IMG/VR virus record: IMGVR_UViG_2648501787_000015 | Location: 1 to 3,583 of that record | Source: a virus | Taxonomy: Duplodnaviria; Heunggongvirae; Uroviricota; Caudoviricetes | Strand: one strand, 5' to 3' | Length of the DNA stretch: 3,583 nucleotides | In this document: piece after piece, positions 1-3,583 of the stretch | Layout: each line of letters starts with the position of its first letter | Numbering within the stretch: position 1 is the stretch's first letter | Notes under the pieces: model-generated | The model's input: only the letters and a program-made list of their open reading frames with translations | Databases searched by the model: none | What the model was told of the DNA's origin: nothing | Position numbers and translations under genes: made by a program

Positions 1-786
1 CTGACATTAAGTGCGGGAAAGAAATATTCATCTTCGCCATCCCACATCAGGATTAATGGCTATTCATTTACAACCCCGTATCCTGATGAAGCAGCCAGTT
101 ATTACTATGAAATTTTCGCAACGCGAAACGAAAACGGCTATGTCTCAGCCAGTCTGTACTGCAACCGCTCATTAGCTGGAAATGCATCGTTTTATGTATC
201 AGATGACCGGACTGACAAAATTCAGGTGAGTATTGGTAGTGGTGACAATATTTTTTCATCGGGTGCATCCGGCACGTTAATGCTGGGTGATATGTACTGT
301 GGAACAGTGACATACGGTAGAAATAATAGTGCAGAACCCGCCCTGCTCGGAAGCATTGAGGTCAGATACAGCCCGGTAACGGCATTTACCGGTGGAAGCG
401 CCAAAAACTCACTGAATAAAGATATTGTCACGGGGCTGAACACCTCTGACAGCGAGGCCGGATATCTGATGCTCTCGCCGTCCCTGAATGCAGCACAGGC
501 CACGTTTGATGCGGTGGATAACAGCAACAGTGATGTTGTGGCTGTTATGGCCTCGGTCACTTACCGCGGTGCTGATGCCCCCAATAACTGCCTGGCCTGG
601 AAAGTGAAAAATGGCAGCCATGCAGGTGCAACGATTACAGAGAATGGCGTACAAAGCGACACAAACAGCTGGACGACTGTCTCACAGAGTTTTATGACCC
701 AACCAGGAGGGAGCACTCCCTTCGCTAAGGGTGAGCTGACTTTTACAGCGGAGTTGTTTAATCAGGCAAGGAGCGCCACTGAATAA
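1..786 (+). CDS. 3' portion of a gene whose start lies upstream of the window; S/T/G/N-rich protein, putative phage structural (receptor-binding or tail-fibre-associated) protein, family not recognised
   Basis: Frame 1 has no stop codon from base 1 to TAA at 784-786; the ORF track shows only the part after an internal GTG at 226. Composition is typical of beta-rich fibre or adhesin domains, and the gene sits immediately upstream of a tail-fibre gene. No specific family motif recognised by eye. Confidence 0.4.
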   Translation: MTLSAGKKYSSSPSHIRINGYSFTTPYPDEAASYYYEIFATRNENGYVSASLYCNRSLAGNASFYVSDDRTDKIQVSIGSGDNIFSSGASGTLMLGDMYCGTVTYGRNNSAEPALLGSIEVRYSPVTAFTGGSAKNSLNKDIVTGLNTSDSEAGYLMLSPSLNAAQATFDAVDNSNSDVVAVMASVTYRGADAPNNCLAWKVKNGSHAGATITENGVQSDTNSWTTVSQSFMTQPGGSTPFAKGELTFTAELFNQARSATE

Positions 787-828
787 TAAATATCTCTGTA
801 TACACAATATCAGGAGAAATAATCAGAT

Positions 829-1608
829 ATGTTTCACATTGATAATAATACTGGCGTGCCGGTCATGCCGCCCGTCGCGGCTGAATACAGTAAAACGACG
901 CTTTATTTCACCGAAGGAGGGAACGGTATTCCACCCACGTATCCGGGGCCGGACTGGTTTAATATCGTGCAGTCCGAAATGCTGGAAATTCTCCGGCAGG
1001 CAAATATCAAACCGGACAAAAACACGACCAACCAGATTATGACGGCGCTGAAAAAGCTGTTTATCACTAACAGTGGTTCAGCCGGGGCTATTGCCGGATT
1101 AACCGGTCAGAATAATACGTTCCCGTATTTTACGGGCGAAGACACAATGTCATTAACGCCACTCAGTGCGTTTGTGCGCGGTATTCTTGGTAAAACCACG
1201 GCCGGTGAATTTATAGATGCGCTTTCGTTACGTGACACGGTAGATAAAGCCAGTCGTGCCGTACCGAATACCCGCAGGGTCAACAACATGCCCCTGACTT
1301 CGGATATCACCATCAACAACATCAGCGGCAACGCCGGAACGGCAACCCGGCTTCAGACGGCCCGCAGGATTAACAATGTGCTGTTTGATGGCAGTGGCGA
1401 TATCACGATTCCTGCAGGAATGAGTCAGTCAACAGCTGATGCCCGGTACATTCAGAATGTTCAGTTGGGGGCTCAGGTTCAGGGCGGATATCAGGCTCCG
1501 ACAGGCTGCGTGGTCACCTTTGTTGATGGCGGCGAAAAAATGGAGTTCATCAAGTATAAACCAGTGCAAATTTATATTAATGGCGCATGGCGCACTATCT
1601 CTGGTTAA
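829..1608 (+). CDS. Tail fibre protein, distal (C-terminal, receptor-binding/variable) half of a P2 H / Mu S / lambda Stf-type fibre, encoded as a separate 259-aa ORF
   Basis: ATG at 829 preceded by AGGAG at 812-816 (long 12-nt spacer). The protein contains AGLTGQNNTFPYFTGEDTMSLTPLSAFVRGILGK, which matches the conserved PYF(T/A)G..SL..L..GR.ILAK block of lambdoid/P2-type side tail fibres as I recall them. The C-terminus ARYIQNVQLG...IYINGAWRTI resembles the C-terminal chaperone-interaction end of P2 H-type fibres (RY..V.LG ... YINGxW). It is followed directly by a tfa-family gene. Confidence 0.65.
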   Translation: MFHIDNNTGVPVMPPVAAEYSKTTLYFTEGGNGIPPTYPGPDWFNIVQSEMLEILRQANIKPDKNTTNQIMTALKKLFITNSGSAGAIAGLTGQNNTFPYFTGEDTMSLTPLSAFVRGILGKTTAGEFIDALSLRDTVDKASRAVPNTRRVNNMPLTSDITINNISGNAGTATRLQTARRINNVLFDGSGDITIPAGMSQSTADARYIQNVQLGAQVQGGYQAPTGCVVTFVDGGEKMEFIKYKPVQIYINGAWRTISG

Positions 1609-1622
1609 TTAAGGAGAAAATA

Positions 1623-2153
1623 ATGGAACTCAGAAATGTTACACGTTACCACCCTGAAGATATGCCTTATGGTGAAGGCATTCAGTATTTCCGCAGTGAA
1701 GACGGACAGGATTTTTATGAATCCATGGACAAATTCACGAAGAGATACAAATTGTGCATTCACCCTGAAAGCGGCGTGATTTATTCAATGGCGGAAGACG
1801 TGTCCCGTCTTTATCCGACAGGTTTCACCATTGTGGAAGTTGATGAACTGCCGGAAGGTTTTGGCATTGAAGCCAGTTGGTATTACAAAGACGGCGAAGT
1901 GCTGCCGGTTCCTGTTGATTATTCGCAACTGGCAGAAAAACAACGCCAGCATCTGCTGACTGAAGCAAAGGACGTCACCTCCGACTGGAAAACCGAGCTG
2001 GAGCTGGGCGTCATCAGTGATGACGACAAAGCTCGTCTTGCGCAGTGGATGGCGTATATCAAAGCGGTAAAAGCGCTGGATTTAAGCGCCGTTACTGATG
2101 AAGCCTCCCTTAATGCCATCAGCTGGCCGGAGCATCCCGATGCCGCAGCTTAA
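1623..2153 (+). CDS. tfa: Tail fibre assembly protein (chaperone), Tfa / Mu U / P2 G family
   Basis: Strong RBS AAGGAG at 1611-1616 with a 6-nt spacer before ATG 1623; the ORF-track start at 1587 has no RBS and lies inside the upstream gene. The C-terminal region W..ELELGVISDDDKARLAQWMAYIKAVKALDLS....ISWPEHP matches the conserved Tfa C-terminal signature (LGIIS, W..Y..V...D.S, WPE.P) recalled for Mu U, P2 G and lambda Tfa. Position immediately 3' of a tail-fibre gene is canonical. Confidence 0.8.
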   Translation: MELRNVTRYHPEDMPYGEGIQYFRSEDGQDFYESMDKFTKRYKLCIHPESGVIYSMAEDVSRLYPTGFTIVEVDELPEGFGIEASWYYKDGEVLPVPVDYSQLAEKQRQHLLTEAKDVTSDWKTELELGVISDDDKARLAQWMAYIKAVKALDLSAVTDEASLNAISWPEHPDAAA

Positions 2154-2610
2154 AGGTGTGATTAAAACGCCCACAGGAGAACCGCTGGGCAGCACAACCA
2201 TCACGCTGACCTCCCTGCACAACCGTGCAGGGATTCTGAAAGGTGTTTTCAGCCACGTCACTACACAGAGCGGGGAGTACGACTTCCCCGTCATGCCGGG
2301 CGTGTACAGCGTTCGCCTGACACAGAGTACACAACGCCTTTCAGAAATCGGTGTCATTCGTGTTTATGAAGATTCACAGGACGGTTCGCTTAACGATTTT
2401 TTGTCGGTGACAGAGGCAGATTTGCGCCCTGAATCTCTTAAAAAGTTCGAAGAGATTGCAATGCAGATACAAAAAAGTGCGGAAAGTGTCAGATTATATG
2501 CAGAGGAGGTGAAACGGGATTGCGCAATTACCCTCGAAAACAGAAAACAGACAGAGAGACTGCTGTCCCTGATAGCAGAGCCTCTTTCTCAGAGTGCCGC
2601 AGAAAGCTGA
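2140..2610 (+). CDS. Side-tail-fibre N-terminal (virion anchor) domain protein, 156 aa; either a stand-alone anchor module or a truncated stf remnant
   Basis: ATG at 2140 with GGAG at 2129-2132 (7-nt spacer); the start overlaps the tfa stop (2151-2153) by 14 nt. MPQLKGVIKTPTGEPLGSTTITL...GEYDFPVMPGVYSVRL...IGVIRVYEDSQDGSLNDFLSVTEADLRPESLKK parallels the lambda Stf N-terminus as I recall it (MAVKISGVLKDGTGKPV...ITVYEDSQPGTLNDFLCAMTEDDARPEVLRR). The ORF ends at TGA 2608-2610 without any fibre shaft or distal domain. Confidence 0.6.
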   Translation: MPQLKGVIKTPTGEPLGSTTITLTSLHNRAGILKGVFSHVTTQSGEYDFPVMPGVYSVRLTQSTQRLSEIGVIRVYEDSQDGSLNDFLSVTEADLRPESLKKFEEIAMQIQKSAESVRLYAEEVKRDCAITLENRKQTERLLSLIAEPLSQSAAES

Positions 2611-2648
2611 CTCAAAAAAGGTTAATAATTAAGCGTTTTGTATAGATT

Positions 2649-2684
2649 ATGACGATCGATACCATCATATCGATCGTCGTTTTA
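2649..2684 (+). terminator. Perfect 11-bp inverted repeat (GACGATCGATA / TATCGATCGTC, 6-nt loop) followed by GTTTTA; candidate intrinsic terminator for the tail-fibre operon and/or Dam-methylation-sensitive operator of the com-mom promoter
   Basis: Arms at 2651-2661 and 2668-2678 are exact reverse complements. Each arm carries a GATC (2654-2657 and 2672-2675) embedded in CGATCG. A short T-run follows at 2680-2683. It lies between the stf-N stop and the com start. Confidence 0.35.
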
Positions 2685-2751
2685 CATCATGTGTGGTTAA
2701 ATATCCCCAGCCCTCCGGGTGGTCGTATCTGGTTATTACACAGGGGGAATC

Positions 2752-2937
2752 ATGGACTCTGTTCGCTGTAAAAACTGCAATAAGTTACTGTTTAAAGGAG
2801 GTTTTAAGCATATAGAAATTAAATGCCCTCGCTGTAAACGTTACATTGTCATATCGAATGCCAAAGAGCATCCCACGGAGCTGTATTGTGGGAAAAGAGA
2901 AGAAATCACGCATTCTGACAAAACCCTGCGTTATTGA
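2752..2937 (+). CDS. com: Com, zinc-finger translational activator of mom (Mu Com homologue), 61 aa
   Basis: RBS AGGGGG at 2742-2747 before ATG 2752. The protein [61 protein letters not shown] is nearly collinear with phage Mu Com as I recall it ([62 protein letters not shown]), including the CxxC...CxxC zinc knuckle. Its 3' end overlaps the next gene in another frame, as in Mu. Confidence 0.9.
   Translation: MDSVRCKNCNKLLFKGGFKHIEIKCPRCKRYIVISNAKEHPTELYCGKREEITHSDKTLRY
2872..2892 (+). promoter_or_regulatory. Translation-inhibition hairpin (TIS-like): CCCAC / GTGGG stem sequestering the GTG start of mom, with the GGAG Shine-Dalgarno in the loop
   Basis: CCCAC at 2872-2876 is the reverse complement of GTGGG at 2888-2892; t2871 and a2893 can add a sixth pair. 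The loop is GGAGCTGTATT (2877-2887). GTG at 2888 is in the mom frame. This is analogous to the Mu mom TIS hairpin opened by Com. Confidence 0.45.
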
Positions 2938-3583
2938 GTATGAAGGCCGGATTGTCGGCTATGGTTCAAAGGAGTTGCGCGTTGAAACCATATCCTGCTG
3001 GCTGGCCCGCACAATCATTCAGACAAAGCATTATTCCCGCCGTTTTGTGAATAACTCCTACCTGCATCTGGGCGTATTCAGCGGACGTGATCTGGTTGGC
3101 GTTCTTCAGTGGGGATATGCCCTTAATCCCAACTCAGGGCGTCGTGTCGTGCTTGAAACAGATAACCGGGGTTACATGGAACTGAACCGCATGTGGTTAC
3201 ACGACGACATGCCCCGCAATTCTGAATCACGGGCCATCAGCTACGCGCTGAAAACCATCAGGTTACTGTATCCGTCAGTGGAGTGGGTTCAGTCCTTTGC
3301 AGACGAACGCTGCGGGCGTGCTGGCGTGGTATATCAGGCGTCGAATTTTGATTTTATTGGCAGCCATGAAAGCACATTCTACGAACTGGACGGCGAGTGG
3401 TATCACGAGATAGCGATGAACGCGATTAAGCGCGGAGGTCAACGAGGCGAGTATTTGCGGGCTAATAAGGAACGGGCCGTGGTACACAAATTTAATCAAT
3501 ATCGCTACATCAGATTCCTGAACAAGCGTGCAAGAAAGCGCCTAAACACCAAACTATTCAGGGTTCAGCCATACCCGAAGTGA
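2888..3583 (+). CDS. mom: Mom-like DNA modification protein (adenine N6 acetamido/carbamoylmethyl modification, anti-restriction); start uncertain: GTG 2888 preferred, ATG 2858 or TTG 2846 possible
   Basis: Long ORF ending at TGA 3581-3583, overlapping the 3' end of com in a different frame exactly as mom overlaps com in Mu. GTG 2888 has GGAG 7 nt upstream and lies in a hairpin stem. It would give a 231-aa product, which matches my unverified recollection of Mu Mom length. Direct sequence identity to Mu Mom could not be checked from memory; the call rests mainly on the tight com linkage and architecture. Confidence 0.75.
   Translation: MGKEKKSRILTKPCVIEYEGRIVGYGSKELRVETISCWLARTIIQTKHYSRRFVNNSYLHLGVFSGRDLVGVLQWGYALNPNSGRRVVLETDNRGYMELNRMWLHDDMPRNSESRAISYALKTIRLLYPSVEWVQSFADERCGRAGVVYQASNFDFIGSHESTFYELDGEWYHEIAMNAIKRGGQRGEYLRANKERAVVHKFNQYRYIRFLNKRARKRLNTKLFRVQPYPK

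Noticed and set aside
68-313. Minus-strand 81-aa ORF, Cys/His-rich
   Set aside because: Lies antisense inside the long open + frame (1-786), with no RBS or recognisable motif; likely a chance ORF.
222-654. Minus-strand ORFs 222-560 and 409-654
   Set aside because: Antisense to the + strand structural gene, overlap each other and have no independent support.
839-1042. Plus-strand 67-aa ORF in an alternative frame, Arg/Cys-rich
   Set aside because: Entirely embedded in the tail-fibre gene 829-1608, which has homology support; it is basic and low-complexity, as expected for an out-of-frame translation.
1107-1331. Minus-strand 74-aa ORF
   Set aside because: Antisense to the tail-fibre gene; no signals.
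1587-1622. Upstream ATG (1587) given by the ORF track as the tfa start
   Set aside because: It has no Shine-Dalgarno and lies inside the 3' end of the preceding gene, whereas ATG 1623 has a strong AAGGAG RBS with ideal spacing. Start reassigned to 1623.
2098-2139. Upstream ATGs (2098, 2113) for the stf-N ORF
   Set aside because: No RBS; the homology to the Stf N-terminus begins at the Met encoded at 2140, which does have a GGAG.
1919-2357. Minus-strand ORFs 1919-2119, 2082-2357 and 2119-2334
   Set aside because: Antisense to the tfa and stf-N coding sequences, mutually overlapping and without support.
2642-2678. Possible OxyR binding motif (ATAG-n7-CTAT repeats) over the GATC palindrome
   Set aside because: Only the first ATAG at 2642-2645 matches well and the other half-sites carry one or more mismatches; too weak to call from sequence alone, so only the GATC palindrome is reported.
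2719-2751. GTG 2719 as the com start, from the ORF track
   Set aside because: The RBS and the alignment with the Mu Com N-terminus both point to ATG 2752; the extra 11 residues would overlap the putative promoter region.
3275-3499. Minus-strand 74-aa ORF inside mom
   Set aside because: Antisense to the mom coding region; no RBS or homology.
1-3583. CRISPR arrays, tRNA or rRNA genes, insertion-sequence ends, integrase or invertase genes
   Set aside because: No repeat-spacer periodicity, no tRNA-like cloverleaf candidates and no transposase or recombinase-like ORFs were seen; the window is almost fully occupied by the + strand genes described.

Overview
The window reads as a phage or prophage late-region segment, all on the + strand, probably from an enterobacterial Mu/P2/lambdoid-type mosaic. 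It contains: (i) the 3' part of an unidentified S/T/G/N-rich, probably structural gene (1-786); (ii) a tail-fibre distal-half gene (829-1608); (iii) a tail-fibre assembly chaperone of the Tfa/U/G family (1623-2153); (iv) a short ORF, overlapping the chaperone stop, that encodes only the N-terminal anchor domain of a lambdoid side tail fibre (2140-2610); (v) a ~140 bp regulatory spacer carrying a perfect 11-bp palindrome with two GATC sites; (vi) a Mu-type com-mom operon (com 2752-2937, mom about 2888-3583) with the overlapping-gene layout and a hairpin that sequesters the likely mom start codon. The most notable content is the com-mom DNA-modification (anti-restriction) module, a known family, here directly behind a rearranged, modular tail-fibre locus with no invertase in between. 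I see no tRNA, rRNA, CRISPR or insertion-sequence signatures. All homology statements rest on motifs recognised by eye and on sequences recalled from memory, not on database searches.
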